Part shown: in pieces, positions 10,459 to 20,760 of the stretch
Layout: the number at the start of each line of letters is the position of its first letter
Position numbering within the stretch: the first letter of the stretch is position 1
Assembly: GCA_016840085.1 (NCBI GenBank)
Contig: JAEOTA010000055.1
Location: 31,356-95,355 of the forward strand
DNA from: Promethearchaeota archaeon
GTDB lineage: Archaea > Asgardarchaeota > Lokiarchaeia > Sigyniarchaeales > SOKP01
Direction: 5' to 3'
DNA: 64,000 nucleotides
Made by a program: the position numbers and the translations under genes
The notes under the pieces: generated by a model
Told to the model about the DNA's origin: nothing
Databases searched by the model: none
The model's input: the letters and a program-made list of their open reading frames with translations, nothing else

Positions 10459-11258
10459 GTGAGAAATTCAAATAATGCTTTTAGAAATAAATCTGGTTCA
10501 TGAGGAAAAATTGCATGAGCACTATACTCAAAAAATACAAGCTTAGCTCTAGGGATTAACTCACCTAATATTTCTCCATTTTGGGATGGAACGAGAATAT
10601 CTTTTTTACCTTGCATCATCAGGGTTGGAATATCCATTTTTTTTAGTCTCCTACAAGTATTAAAATTTAACATTGCCTTTACTTGTCTCGCATAACTACT
10701 AAATGGAATACGACATTTGAGAATTTTTTGAATTTTATCATTAATATATTCAGGATTGTTTTTAATAAAATCCCTGGTAAATGCTAGTGGTATAGTAGAC
10801 TTAGCCATTCTTTCTGGTGTTAAATCTTCAATTGCACCTATTAGCAATTTATAAACAGCAAGATCTGGAGGAATCGATTTTCTTCCCCCACACGCTGTAC
10901 CCCAGAGAATGAGTTTTTCAACCTTTTGGGGATAATTTAAGGCTACTTCCTGAGCAATCATTCCCCCCATCGAAAATCCAAGGATATGAGCACACTCAAT
11001 ATTTAAGACATTCATTAATCCCGCTGTATCATCAGCCATCATTTTTAGAGTAAATTCCCCCTCAGGTATATCAGTTTGACCTGCTCCTCTGTTATCAAAT
11101 AAGATAACTTTAAATTTTTTTGAAAGCTCATCGATCAGGAGTTTATCCCATATCCTAAGACAAAAAGACAGTCCCGTTATCATTACAATCGGAAATCCAT
11201 CTCCATGAACTTCATAATGCATATTTATATCATTGACTTTTACTTTAGGCAAATTCAA
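10455..11258 (-). CDS. Alpha/beta hydrolase
   Basis: DNRGAG, GFSMGG nucleophile, D and H triad positions; the start may be the TTG at 11252 (MPKVKVNDI). Confidence 0.9.
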   Translation of the reverse strand: MNLPKVKVNDINMHYEVHGDGFPIVMITGLSFCLRIWDKLLIDELSKKFKVILFDNRGAGQTDIPEGEFTLKMMADDTAGLMNVLNIECAHILGFSMGGMIAQEVALNYPQKVEKLILWGTACGGRKSIPPDLAVYKLLIGAIEDLTPERMAKSTIPLAFTRDFIKNNPEYINDKIQKILKCRIPFSSYARQVKAMLNFNTCRRLKKMDIPTLMMQGKKDILVPSQNGEILGELIPRAKLVFFEYSAHAIFPHEPDLFLKALFEFLT

Positions 11259-11336
11259 TCAACTTTGAGGTTTTTTAGCTCTACATTCGCTTTTCTTTAA
11301 AAAAAATAGAATATAAAACCTTGAATCCTAATATAA

Positions 11337-12260
11337 TTAGCTAATAGAGATTCCAAGGTCCTTTAATAAGGGAGTTAGAAATCCATAATAAAAGTCTTTA
11401 ATATGTAAAATTTTATCTAAATATACATTCAAGAATTCTCGGATTTCATAGTTGATGTCATTAATATCAATAAAATTATATTCGGGTTCAATATAAATTT
11501 CATCTAAATTTAAAGGTTTTAATTGCTTCTTGATCAAATGATATATAAATTCGATGAATGCTTTATCAACCAGCTCTTCTTCTTCTTCTTTTAATTCATA
11601 CACATCATGAGCTATTTTATCTTTTAATCCTCGAATTGCATGAATTAAATCCTCAAGTTCTCTATGTAAATTCAATGCTTTAATTTTTTCTGGCATTTCT
11701 TTACTTTTAAAATCTTCTACATTAGAATTGATATAATCTTCTAAATTTGAGAAAAAGTGAATCACGAACTTGAAAGAGTCTTCAGTCTTAGCATTCTTCC
11801 ATTCTTTATAAGGAGTTCCCCAATGTTCGAAATTTATCTCATCTAAAACGTCTTTAATTTTTTTTTTAATATTATCAACTTTTTCTATAAAGTAATCTGA
11901 TTTGTCCATATAAGGTTTTTCATGTATATAATAATTGTATTTATACTCTTTTCCAAATTCCTTAAATGCACCTCTCTTTATTACACGATGGTGTTCTTCA
12001 TCTACTTCTTTCTTGCCAATCTCTGCTGCAAACTTAATAATATATCCACAGTCAGGACAATATGTTATCCATGAACCTCGAATTGTAGTAAAAGGTTTAA
12101 TAACAACTTGATGAGTTTCATTTAGAATACTTGTAAGTTCTCCTTCAGCCTCTGGAGTATCAAAATGAGTCTTTTCAAAATGAAATGATTCTGGAATGAA
12201 TTTAAAACTACAAATTGGACATGTGATTTTTTCTTTCAAGGGAAATTTATTTACTTTCAT
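11337..12260 (-). CDS. Hypothetical protein: N-terminal zinc ribbon plus helical HEPN-like domain
   Basis: CPIC...CPDC; IHAIRGLKDKIAH resembles a HEPN RxxxxH helix. Confidence 0.5.
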   Translation of the reverse strand: MKVNKFPLKEKITCPICSFKFIPESFHFEKTHFDTPEAEGELTSILNETHQVVIKPFTTIRGSWITYCPDCGYIIKFAAEIGKKEVDEEHHRVIKRGAFKEFGKEYKYNYYIHEKPYMDKSDYFIEKVDNIKKKIKDVLDEINFEHWGTPYKEWKNAKTEDSFKFVIHFFSNLEDYINSNVEDFKSKEMPEKIKALNLHRELEDLIHAIRGLKDKIAHDVYELKEEEEELVDKAFIEFIYHLIKKQLKPLNLDEIYIEPEYNFIDINDINYEIREFLNVYLDKILHIKDFYYGFLTPLLKDLGISIS

Positions 12261-12459
12261 AATTTTTCAAAGAATTTTGGTAACAATAATATGTATTCTA
12301 TTTACAACAAAGTAATTATCTTGGTATATTTAAAAATTTTATCTGGTTTACATCATGAATTGAAAAACAAAAATGATGAAAAGTAATTGAATACTGATAT
12401 TAGAAAACTCAGAATTCGATTTATCTTAAAATTATGATTAATATATAATATAAAAGGAA

Positions 12460-13305
12460 TTATATACTAACTAATCTTGTCATGTTTGCGCTAATTTCCC
12501 ACAATCTTTTAGCATATTCCTCATTATAAGACTCTTCAGAAGACTCTTTAGGCTCTTTTTTTATAAAATATTTGCCAGTAACTCCTTCTATATCTAGAGA
12601 CGAAGCTAAATATATAGACGTTTCAGCCCCTTTTTCCGGACTTTTAAAAAAGAGTTTTGCAAATCCTCGACTAAAGGCAGAGTGATCTCGACTTAAATTA
12701 CTATTTACAACACCAGGATGAACAGCATTAACAGTTACACCAGTTCCCTCTAATCTTCGGTTTAATTCATAGGTAAATAGCATCGCTGCTAATTTTGAAA
12801 CACCATATACTTTAAATAAACGATATTTCTTGTCTTCACTCTGAAGATCATCAAAATCCATTTTTGCCATTCTATGCGCTGCAGAAGTTACATTAATAAT
12901 ACGGCTTGGAGCACTATTTTTTAATATATCAAGTAGTAAATTTGTCAACAAAAAGGGAGCAAGATGATGCACAGCAAAATTCATTTCAATTCCATCAACT
13001 GATAATGTACGCTTCGAAAGCATAACTCCGGCATTATTAATTAACACATGTAAATATTGATATTTATTCTTGAATTCTGCTACTAGTTTGCGAATGGATT
13101 CTTGAGATGACAAATCACATAAAAATAGATCTACATCTTTATTACCTGTGAGTTCAATGATTTCTTTTTGTGCTTTTTCTCCACGTTCTTCATTTCGACA
13201 AATCATGATTATTGTGGCACCCATTTCTGCTAAACCTATTGCTGTAGCTTTTCCAATGCCTGAATTTGCTCCGGTAATCATACAAATTTTTCCTTCCATG
13301 CTCAT
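12460..13305 (-). CDS. Short-chain dehydrogenase, retinol-dehydrogenase-like
   Basis: TGANSGIG, NNAG, YGVSK, VHPG. Confidence 0.92.
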   Translation of the reverse strand: MSMEGKICMITGANSGIGKATAIGLAEMGATIIMICRNEERGEKAQKEIIELTGNKDVDLFLCDLSSQESIRKLVAEFKNKYQYLHVLINNAGVMLSKRTLSVDGIEMNFAVHHLAPFLLTNLLLDILKNSAPSRIINVTSAAHRMAKMDFDDLQSEDKKYRLFKVYGVSKLAAMLFTYELNRRLEGTGVTVNAVHPGVVNSNLSRDHSAFSRGFAKLFFKSPEKGAETSIYLASSLDIEGVTGKYFIKKEPKESSEESYNEEYAKRLWEISANMTRLVSI

Positions 13306-13565
13306 TATTTACAACTCTTGCTTAATTTCTATATTCTTTTTGATAGTTCAAAATCTAACTGAACTATTAAACAATTTGATTATTTTTTAAAAAAAAATTG
13401 TTATCCATGGGTTATCCACAAGTATAATTTCTATTGGTGTTCTTATTTAGTGGTATTCGAAGAATAGAACTGATATTGATGTAGTTGAGGTTATTAGAGC
13501 GAAAAAGGGCTTAGTTGAATAAAATATAAAAGAATTTTGAGATATCTCCTATTATTCCATATAAT

Positions 13566-13883
13566 TTATAAAAAAAGTTCCCATTCTTTTATTGACAATT
13601 GAATTAATTTAGTCTCCATCTCATTTTTTATCTTGTCTAATCGTTCTTTGCTTTCCTTCACTTTTTTCCAAATAAAGTCTTCTATTTTCTCAATAGTTAT
13701 GTCTTTTTTATCTAATTGTTCAAGGAGCTGATTACAGATCGACATTCTTTTTAAATACAAATCATAAGCTTCTTTAGATAAGTTAGCTATTAAATTTGGG
13801 TGATACATTTCTTTTATTTTAAAAATTTTTTCTCCTATTTTAGTTAGAGAAATTAATTCCCTTAAGTCATCTGAATCCGTCAT
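13566..13883 (-). CDS. Hypothetical helical protein
   Basis: 105-aa ORF 11 nt downstream of the flavoprotein gene, same strand. Confidence 0.6.
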   Translation of the reverse strand: MTDSDDLRELISLTKIGEKIFKIKEMYHPNLIANLSKEAYDLYLKRMSICNQLLEQLDKKDITIEKIEDFIWKKVKESKERLDKIKNEMETKLIQLSIKEWELFL

Positions 13884-13894
13884 TTTTTATCATT

Positions 13895-15931
13895 TTATTT
13901 GTTTTTTAAAAATTCTTTCCATACATTTTCAAACCATCCAAATTCACTAGGTATCTCTCTTACATCCTCCCATTCAATAAGCATTTTTCCATTTTTTAGT
14001 TGAATTGTTTGGATTTGTTTTGATAAATCCAGATTATTATGTATAAATTTATATTCCCTAAGACTACCAGGAGGTTCAATATATGTCTCGGATAATGATT
14101 TATTTAATTTATCTCTTACAATCAAGTATGAACCTCTGCTTCTCCCAAATAAGAGATGATAGTCTATTAATGTTTTTAAGAAGAATAATTGCGTAAGAAG
14201 GGCATCTTTAATTCTAAAAAAATCCATGATTTCAACATTAGTCTTCAATCCGATTAAATTTACTAAATTATTCAATTGAATTTGGACCTTGGAAATCTCC
14301 TGTTTAAGATTTTTTAGAGGACGAATAATTGAACCATATTTTGACATTCGATTTTGAATCTGAATTAAGAGTCTTTCAGGAGTTAGAAAGTTTTCAGATT
14401 TAGAAGGATCATTTTTTATTATTTGTGAAATTTTACTAAATAACTCAGTCATCTCTCCTTTTACTTTATTTTGAAATCTTTCAGGATTTATTGATGGAAT
14501 ATTGCTATATATTTGAGTTATTTTTTGAGCAGTTCTCAATCCCCCAACTTGTCCCGAGTTTAATGCAGCACCACCAGGTCTGTGAATACCATGACTCCCA
14601 TTAATTTCTCCAATTGCAAAAAGATGTTTTACTGTTGTTGTCTCCCACCATATATCACAGGATACACCACCATTTAGGTGTTGGTTACAAACGGCGATTT
14701 CAAGAGGTTCAGAAGTTAAGTCGATATTATTGTTCTTATAAATTAAGATTGCTTGATCATTTAATTTTCTAAGACGTTCAATAGGTTTATCTCCCATTGC
14801 ATTAGATTTAGTTAAATAATCCTTTGCATCTTGGAACAGATTATCAAAACTAAAGTAATTAGGATTTTGTGTGAAATCTAAGAACACACGTCTGTTTAAC
14901 TTTTCTGATTCATGATATACTGCCAGATCAATTAATGAAGAACCAAAATTATCAATTCGCATAGAATTAAAAGGCCATTGATATCCTTTTAAGAATATGG
15001 CTCTCGAAAGTTCTTCAAAAGATGGAAAGATATCATAAAGAAATTCCTTTTCTGTACCATTTTCATCAATAGAAAAGTATCGTGGAATTACTTGTTGATA
15101 TGAACCTGAAAGATTCCAACGAAATTTAGTCGATGCTAATCCGAATTGTGATTCTGTTAAATTTTGAAGTTTACATCCTGCTTCAATTGCTAGACTTGTC
15201 GTTCCTCTCTGGGATTTTGGATACACAGTATTTTTATATAATATCGCAGGACCACCAGTAGCTATAATTAGATTTCTTGCTTTAAAAATTTCTATTGAAT
15301 CTATTAAAGTCTCTATATTTTTATCTGGGTTTAGCATATCTGTTTTAATGCAAATAATCCCAACTGCTTCAGGCTTCTCAGTTGTATTATCAAGAATAAT
15401 TTTAATCGCATAATACTTATCAAAAATTGTAATATGTTTATCTTGAACCGCTCTTAATAAGCATTTCCCCATTTCTCGGGAAGTTAAAGGTCCTATAGAT
15501 GTAGCTCTCTGTCTTGGATCGTTATCTGTTTTATATCCTACAAAACCCCCATACTTATCATGAGGAAAAGGCACTCCTAATTGAACTAAATGAAAAAATT
15601 CTCTAATGGAGTTTGAAGCTTCGATTAAAGCTATGTCACCGTGCATTGCTCCTCCAGCGCAGAGATCTTTCGCCATTTCATAAGGTGAATCTGGCTGATC
15701 TCCATAAATTGACATTTTATAATAAGTTTGTTTATCAGAACCCGCATTAAAAGAAGTCCCGCCACCTAAATTATCAGTAACAATGGCAATTTCATCAGGA
15801 GGAATGCCTTCCATTACTAAATGAAGAGCACAATTTAATCCTGCTGCTCCTGAACCTATAATAATTGAATTAAATTCTTTAATATCTAATTTTTCCAGAT
15901 TTATTTTTATATCTCCCATTTTTTGTCCCAT
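13895..15931 (-). CDS. FAD-dependent oxidoreductase, succinate dehydrogenase/fumarate reductase flavoprotein superfamily
   Basis: IIGSGAAG, GSDKQTYYK, ATGG, NQHLNGG, GEINGSHG, GGAALNSGQVGG; start at 15931 or 15919 avoids overlap with the upstream gene. Confidence 0.8.
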   Translation of the reverse strand: MGQKMGDIKINLEKLDIKEFNSIIIGSGAAGLNCALHLVMEGIPPDEIAIVTDNLGGGTSFNAGSDKQTYYKMSIYGDQPDSPYEMAKDLCAGGAMHGDIALIEASNSIREFFHLVQLGVPFPHDKYGGFVGYKTDNDPRQRATSIGPLTSREMGKCLLRAVQDKHITIFDKYYAIKIILDNTTEKPEAVGIICIKTDMLNPDKNIETLIDSIEIFKARNLIIATGGPAILYKNTVYPKSQRGTTSLAIEAGCKLQNLTESQFGLASTKFRWNLSGSYQQVIPRYFSIDENGTEKEFLYDIFPSFEELSRAIFLKGYQWPFNSMRIDNFGSSLIDLAVYHESEKLNRRVFLDFTQNPNYFSFDNLFQDAKDYLTKSNAMGDKPIERLRKLNDQAILIYKNNNIDLTSEPLEIAVCNQHLNGGVSCDIWWETTTVKHLFAIGEINGSHGIHRPGGAALNSGQVGGLRTAQKITQIYSNIPSINPERFQNKVKGEMTELFSKISQIIKNDPSKSENFLTPERLLIQIQNRMSKYGSIIRPLKNLKQEISKVQIQLNNLVNLIGLKTNVEIMDFFRIKDALLTQLFFLKTLIDYHLLFGRSRGSYLIVRDKLNKSLSETYIEPPGSLREYKFIHNNLDLSKQIQTIQLKNGKMLIEWEDVREIPSEFGWFENVWKEFLKNK

Positions 15932-15935
15932 TGCT

Positions 15936-16742
15936 TTATATACGGTGAATATGAAAACCCCCATCTATATCTAAAACAGATCCTGTAGAGAATGGTAGCA
16001 ATCCCTGAACAATTGCAATAACAGGCTTAGCAATATCAAGTGGTTCACCCCATCTTTTAATTGGGGAAACACCTTCGCTAATTAATTTATCATATCTCTC
16101 TGAAATATGTTTTGGTTCAGTTAGAGGTGTCTTAATAATACCCGGAGATATCTCATATGTGGGAATATCAAACTCGGCTAATCTAACAGCAAATAATTGT
16201 GTCATCATCCGCATCCCTGCCTTCGAAATGCAGTACTCCCCTCTATTAATTGAGGCGGTATATCGATTTATAGAAGATATATTAATGATATAGGGGTGAT
16301 ATTTATCTTTTATTTTCGTTTTAAGCTCAATCATCCATTTTGCGAGTGCTTGAGTTAAAAAAAATGGACCTTTCAGATTAATATCCATTACTCTATCATA
16401 TGATTCTTCTGTCACATCTAAAAGATCTCCCCGTTTAATTGGCCCTACTCCCGCATTATTCACTAAAACATCTATTCTTCTAAACTTCTGCTTAATTTTA
16501 TTGAGTAATTTCTCGCGATCTTCTCTTTTACTCACATCAGCCTGAATATATAGACTTTTCTCTTTTAAATCTTCTTTATAAATTTTTTTAAGAATATTTT
16601 TATATTCTTCAGATAATTCTTTTGTTGATGCCCCATTTATTACTACTGAAAATCCTATTTTTGCCAGTTCTAAAGCTATTGCTTTTCCTATCCCTTGAGT
16701 GCTGCCTGTAATTAGAGCAACTTTTATTTTATCTTGATCCAT
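15936..16742 (-). CDS. SDR oxidoreductase (PRK12745-like '3-ketoacyl-ACP reductase', probably sugar-acting)
   Basis: TGSTQGIG, NNAG, RGEYCISKAG, C-terminal IDGGFHIHRI. Confidence 0.85.
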   Translation of the reverse strand: MDQDKIKVALITGSTQGIGKAIALELAKIGFSVVINGASTKELSEEYKNILKKIYKEDLKEKSLYIQADVSKREDREKLLNKIKQKFRRIDVLVNNAGVGPIKRGDLLDVTEESYDRVMDINLKGPFFLTQALAKWMIELKTKIKDKYHPYIINISSINRYTASINRGEYCISKAGMRMMTQLFAVRLAEFDIPTYEISPGIIKTPLTEPKHISERYDKLISEGVSPIKRWGEPLDIAKPVIAIVQGLLPFSTGSVLDIDGGFHIHRI

Positions 16743-16851
16743 AACATATTATTTATTTGACAGTATTAAAATTGTTATTGTATTTAAAAGAATAAATATT
16801 AGAAAATATCTATCATAGTATATTAAAATAAAAATTTTTGAATGATTCATA

Positions 16852-18546
16852 ATGAGACGATTTGCCAGTATTGATTTTTTACGTGGTATAGCAATAGCGT
16901 TAATGATCTTTTTGCATACTATCCTTCATGTGTTAGATATTGATACACTACTTAATGAAATAAATAATATCCCCGCTGCTAATATTGTTGCATTTATTGT
17001 ATTACCTTTCTTAGGAGGGTTGGCAGGTTTTTTCTTAATGGTTTCTGCCATTGGAAATATGATAAGTATGTATCGACACTTACAAGCAGGGAGAAGCATT
17101 AGGGACTTAGTTATCAGACAGATAATGGGAGGTGTTTTATTACTAATTTTTGCTATGATTTCTGAGAGTATACTTGGTATTCATGGAGCAATTCCAAATC
17201 TCATGAAAAGTTTAGATGATCCATCTGCTTGGAATTGGCAAGTAATACTTTATCGTGCTTACCACTTTGAAACAATCCATACTATAGCATGGTGTATTAT
17301 CCTAAATGGTGTTGTTCAAGGTATCCTTTCAAGAAAAGGTAGCTGGGAGAATCCTTCAAAGCTAATAAATATTTATCTCCTTTTAATAGGGATTATTATC
17401 GTTCTTACCCCAATAATGTGGTGGCTTGTGGATTTGATAATCCCTGGTTATCCGTGGGCTATAGATCCTGACACAGGGGTTCATGTTCAATATCCATACT
17501 TAGGGAAATCAGAATGGTGGGAATTTATAACACTGTTCTTTTTCAATGCCTTTGCAGGAAGAGAAGAACCGATCTTTCCTTATTTAGCAGTATCTTTTAT
17601 TGGTAGCATCATTGGCATCCGCTTAGCTCAAAAAAGAGAAGAAGTGCCACGAAGATTTCCCAAGCGAACAATGCAATATGGTATTATTATGTTTTTCATT
17701 GGTATCATCGGTCTTATCGTCACGCTTATCCTTTTAATGGACGTAATTGGCATGGATGCAACTTTGAACGTTTATAAGGGACTTGCGTTCCATCGAAATT
17801 GGGTACCTAATAATCCAGATATTAATAACTCTGTGATACTCTATGGATGGTTATTTCAATTCATGGCTTTAAACGGAACAGCTATCTGCCTTATTATGGT
17901 AGTAGTACGTGTCGTAGAATTTCGAGGTCGAGGCAAGGAGTTCGCTGATAAAACTCGATTTATCCGTAGATTTGGGTTTGTTGCCTTCACACTTTACAAT
18001 ATTCAGTGGTTGTATTTTGTTTCCCATTTTATTGTTTCTACATTAATTTATGGTGAACCTTACAAATTGCTTGACTGGGGTGGAGTATTTATTACTATGG
18101 GTATAACATTTTTAATGTTGGAAGGAATCTTACTTCTCTGGGAAAAAATAAAATACACTGGAAGCTTAGAATGGTGTATGGGTACAATTGCAACCCAAAT
18201 CATCCCTGCTAGGAAGTCAGAAAAGAAATGGTGGCAAGCAGGACAATTAAATGTCGAGGAAGCTTTTTATAATGCCGAGTGGTTGAATGTTATTGAGAAG
18301 GACGAGGTCCGTCATGATATTAAGGCAGATTCAAAATTGGCATATAAATTATCTTGGTTCGGTTTTCTATTTGCTCCTATATCATTAATAACATTTTTAA
18401 TAGCAAGAGGATCTGTAAATACAGAACAAGAAAATAAATTCAATAAAAGAGCAAAAATCATTTCATTAGTAGGATTGATATTCTTTTTTGCTTGGATGAT
18501 ACCGTTCCTATTCTTTAGCTTGTCAGATCTCGGAATTTCTCTATAA
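16852..18546 (+). CDS. Multi-pass membrane protein, HGSNAT/DUF1624-like acyltransferase
   Basis: RFASIDFLRGIAIALMIFLH N-terminal motif, PIFPY, many TM helices. Confidence 0.65.
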   Translation: MRRFASIDFLRGIAIALMIFLHTILHVLDIDTLLNEINNIPAANIVAFIVLPFLGGLAGFFLMVSAIGNMISMYRHLQAGRSIRDLVIRQIMGGVLLLIFAMISESILGIHGAIPNLMKSLDDPSAWNWQVILYRAYHFETIHTIAWCIILNGVVQGILSRKGSWENPSKLINIYLLLIGIIIVLTPIMWWLVDLIIPGYPWAIDPDTGVHVQYPYLGKSEWWEFITLFFFNAFAGREEPIFPYLAVSFIGSIIGIRLAQKREEVPRRFPKRTMQYGIIMFFIGIIGLIVTLILLMDVIGMDATLNVYKGLAFHRNWVPNNPDINNSVILYGWLFQFMALNGTAICLIMVVVRVVEFRGRGKEFADKTRFIRRFGFVAFTLYNIQWLYFVSHFIVSTLIYGEPYKLLDWGGVFITMGITFLMLEGILLLWEKIKYTGSLEWCMGTIATQIIPARKSEKKWWQAGQLNVEEAFYNAEWLNVIEKDEVRHDIKADSKLAYKLSWFGFLFAPISLITFLIARGSVNTEQENKFNKRAKIISLVGLIFFFAWMIPFLFFSLSDLGISL

Positions 18547-18693
18547 GAAAATTGAATACTTTGAAAAGGGCTCTGGAAACGTCAAAAAAATGTGGAAAAA
18601 ACGTATAATATTGAATAAAAAAGTATTTTTTAAATCTAAATTTTTTTTTATTAACTTTAACTGAAATTATTGTTTTAGACGAAGCCTACTAAG

Positions 18694-20727
18694 ATGAATG
18701 AAATCAAGAAAGGTATGAATGAAGAAGAAATTGAAAATTATGTGAAAGAAGTTCTTGAACATATGAGTTTGAAAGAAAAAGTCTATCAAATGATTGGAAA
18801 TGGTCTAATCCTAAAAGTATTGAAAGATAGAGGAGTAGGAAGACGAGTATATGATGGAGCGGGTTCAAAAAAATTTAAAATTCCTTCATTCAAATTTACT
18901 GATGGTCCTCGAGGAGTAGTTATTCCTGGTTCTACTTGTTTTCCAGTATCAATAGCTCGTGGAGCATCATGGGATGTTAATTTGGAACAAAATATAGGAA
19001 ATGTGATTGGAAAAGAAGTTCGAGCACATGGAGGTAATCTTTTTGGAGGTGTGTGCATTAACCTTTTACGACATCCTTCTTGGGGAAGGGCTCAAGAAAC
19101 ATATGGAGAAGATCCTTTTTTAATAGGGGAATTTGGTGCTGCCTTAACTCGTGGTGTGCAAAAGCATAATGTTATGGCAACTGCTAAACACTTTGCAGCA
19201 AATAGTATTGAAACCGCTCGATTTAAAGTAAATGTAAAAATTGATGAACGAACGCTCCGTGAGGTTTATCTCCCTCACTTCAAACGCTGTGTAGAGGAGG
19301 GATGTGTCACTATAATGACTGCTTATAACAAAGTTCGTGGAGAATACTGTGGACATAATAAATATTTATTGAGAAATATTTTGAAAAGTGATTGGAATTT
19401 TCAGGGATTCGTTCATTCTGATTGGATGCGTGGTGTTAAAAGCACCATGGGAGGAATCACTGGGGGGTTAGATGTAGAAATGCCACGAGCTAAATATTAT
19501 AAATATAGAAAAGTAAAAAAAGCTCTACAACAAGGTAATATTTCACAAGCCATGATTGATGAAGCTGCTGGACGGGTTATGCGAACAATTCTCCACTATG
19601 TTACAAAGGAAGATCCCCAAACATATGAGCCTGCCTTAATTGGATGCGAAGAACATTGTAAGATTGCATTAGAAGCAGCAGAAAAGAGTATGGTATTACT
19701 AAAAAATGAGCAAAATATTTTACCACTAAATAAAAATAAAATTAAACGAATGGCGATTTTTGGTCGATTAGCTATTATTAAAAACACTGGAGATCATGGT
19801 AGTAGTAATGTGTCTACCAAATATGTTATAACTCCATTAAAAGGTATTCAAAATTACTTAGGAGATTCAATTCAAATACTATATAATGAAGGATCAGATA
19901 AAGAAAGTGTGAAATCTGTAGCTAAAGAAGTGGACGCAGCAATTTTAATTGTTGGTTTGGATCATAAGGATGAAGGAGAATTTATTCGTGAACTCAAAAT
20001 TGGTGGAGATCGAGAGAATTTATCCTTACATGATAATGAAATAGAATTAATTAAATTAGTAGCATCTGAAAATCAAAATTGTGTTGTTGTATTAATTGGA
20101 GGAAGTGCTATCATCATGGAAGAATGGAAAGATCAAGTCCCTGTGATTTTAATGGCGTGGTATTCTGGCATGGAAGGAGGAAACGCTTTAGCAAGGATCA
20201 TTTTTGGAGATGTCAACCCAGGAGGAAAACTTCCTTTTACAATTCCAAAAGATCCAAATCATTTACCTTTTTTTGATAAAGATGCAGATGAAATTGAGTA
20301 TGGATATTATCATGGATATACTCTTTTTGAAAAAAGTGGCTTTGAACCAGCCTTTGCTTTTGGTTTTGGATTAACCTATACCTCATTTAATTATAACAAT
20401 TTACAAGTTGATGTAAATGATGAAAAAGTTCTAGCTTCAGTAGAAGTTAAAAATACGGGAAAAACTGCTGGCGATGAAATAATCCAATTATATATTGGAT
20501 TTGAACAATCTCAAATCGACAGACCTGTAAAACTATTAAAAGGATTTACTCGCGTTCATCTGGAACCGAATGAGAATAAACATGTAATGATTGAGGTTTC
20601 AAAAGAAAATCTTGCGTGGTATAATCCAAATTCGAAATCATGGGAGGTTGAACAGATAACATACACTCTTTATATGGGAGGTTCATCCCGCGCTAAAGAT
20701 CTATTATCTACTCAGTTTACCTTATGA
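18694..20727 (+). CDS. Glycoside hydrolase family 3 beta-glucosidase
   Basis: TDGPRG, GRAQETYGEDP, KHFAAN, VHSDW nucleophile, C-terminal Fn3-like domain. Confidence 0.95.
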   Translation: MNEIKKGMNEEEIENYVKEVLEHMSLKEKVYQMIGNGLILKVLKDRGVGRRVYDGAGSKKFKIPSFKFTDGPRGVVIPGSTCFPVSIARGASWDVNLEQNIGNVIGKEVRAHGGNLFGGVCINLLRHPSWGRAQETYGEDPFLIGEFGAALTRGVQKHNVMATAKHFAANSIETARFKVNVKIDERTLREVYLPHFKRCVEEGCVTIMTAYNKVRGEYCGHNKYLLRNILKSDWNFQGFVHSDWMRGVKSTMGGITGGLDVEMPRAKYYKYRKVKKALQQGNISQAMIDEAAGRVMRTILHYVTKEDPQTYEPALIGCEEHCKIALEAAEKSMVLLKNEQNILPLNKNKIKRMAIFGRLAIIKNTGDHGSSNVSTKYVITPLKGIQNYLGDSIQILYNEGSDKESVKSVAKEVDAAILIVGLDHKDEGEFIRELKIGGDRENLSLHDNEIELIKLVASENQNCVVVLIGGSAIIMEEWKDQVPVILMAWYSGMEGGNALARIIFGDVNPGGKLPFTIPKDPNHLPFFDKDADEIEYGYYHGYTLFEKSGFEPAFAFGFGLTYTSFNYNNLQVDVNDEKVLASVEVKNTGKTAGDEIIQLYIGFEQSQIDRPVKLLKGFTRVHLEPNENKHVMIEVSKENLAWYNPNSKSWEVEQITYTLYMGGSSRAKDLLSTQFTL

Positions 20728-20760
20728 TAAAAAGAATTGGGTTTTCTCTTCTTAATTTAT

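Noticed and set aside
13412-13420. Perfect DnaA box TTATCCACA with a near-copy just upstream
   Set aside because: Archaeal context, no dnaA or cdc6 nearby and no box array; likely chance
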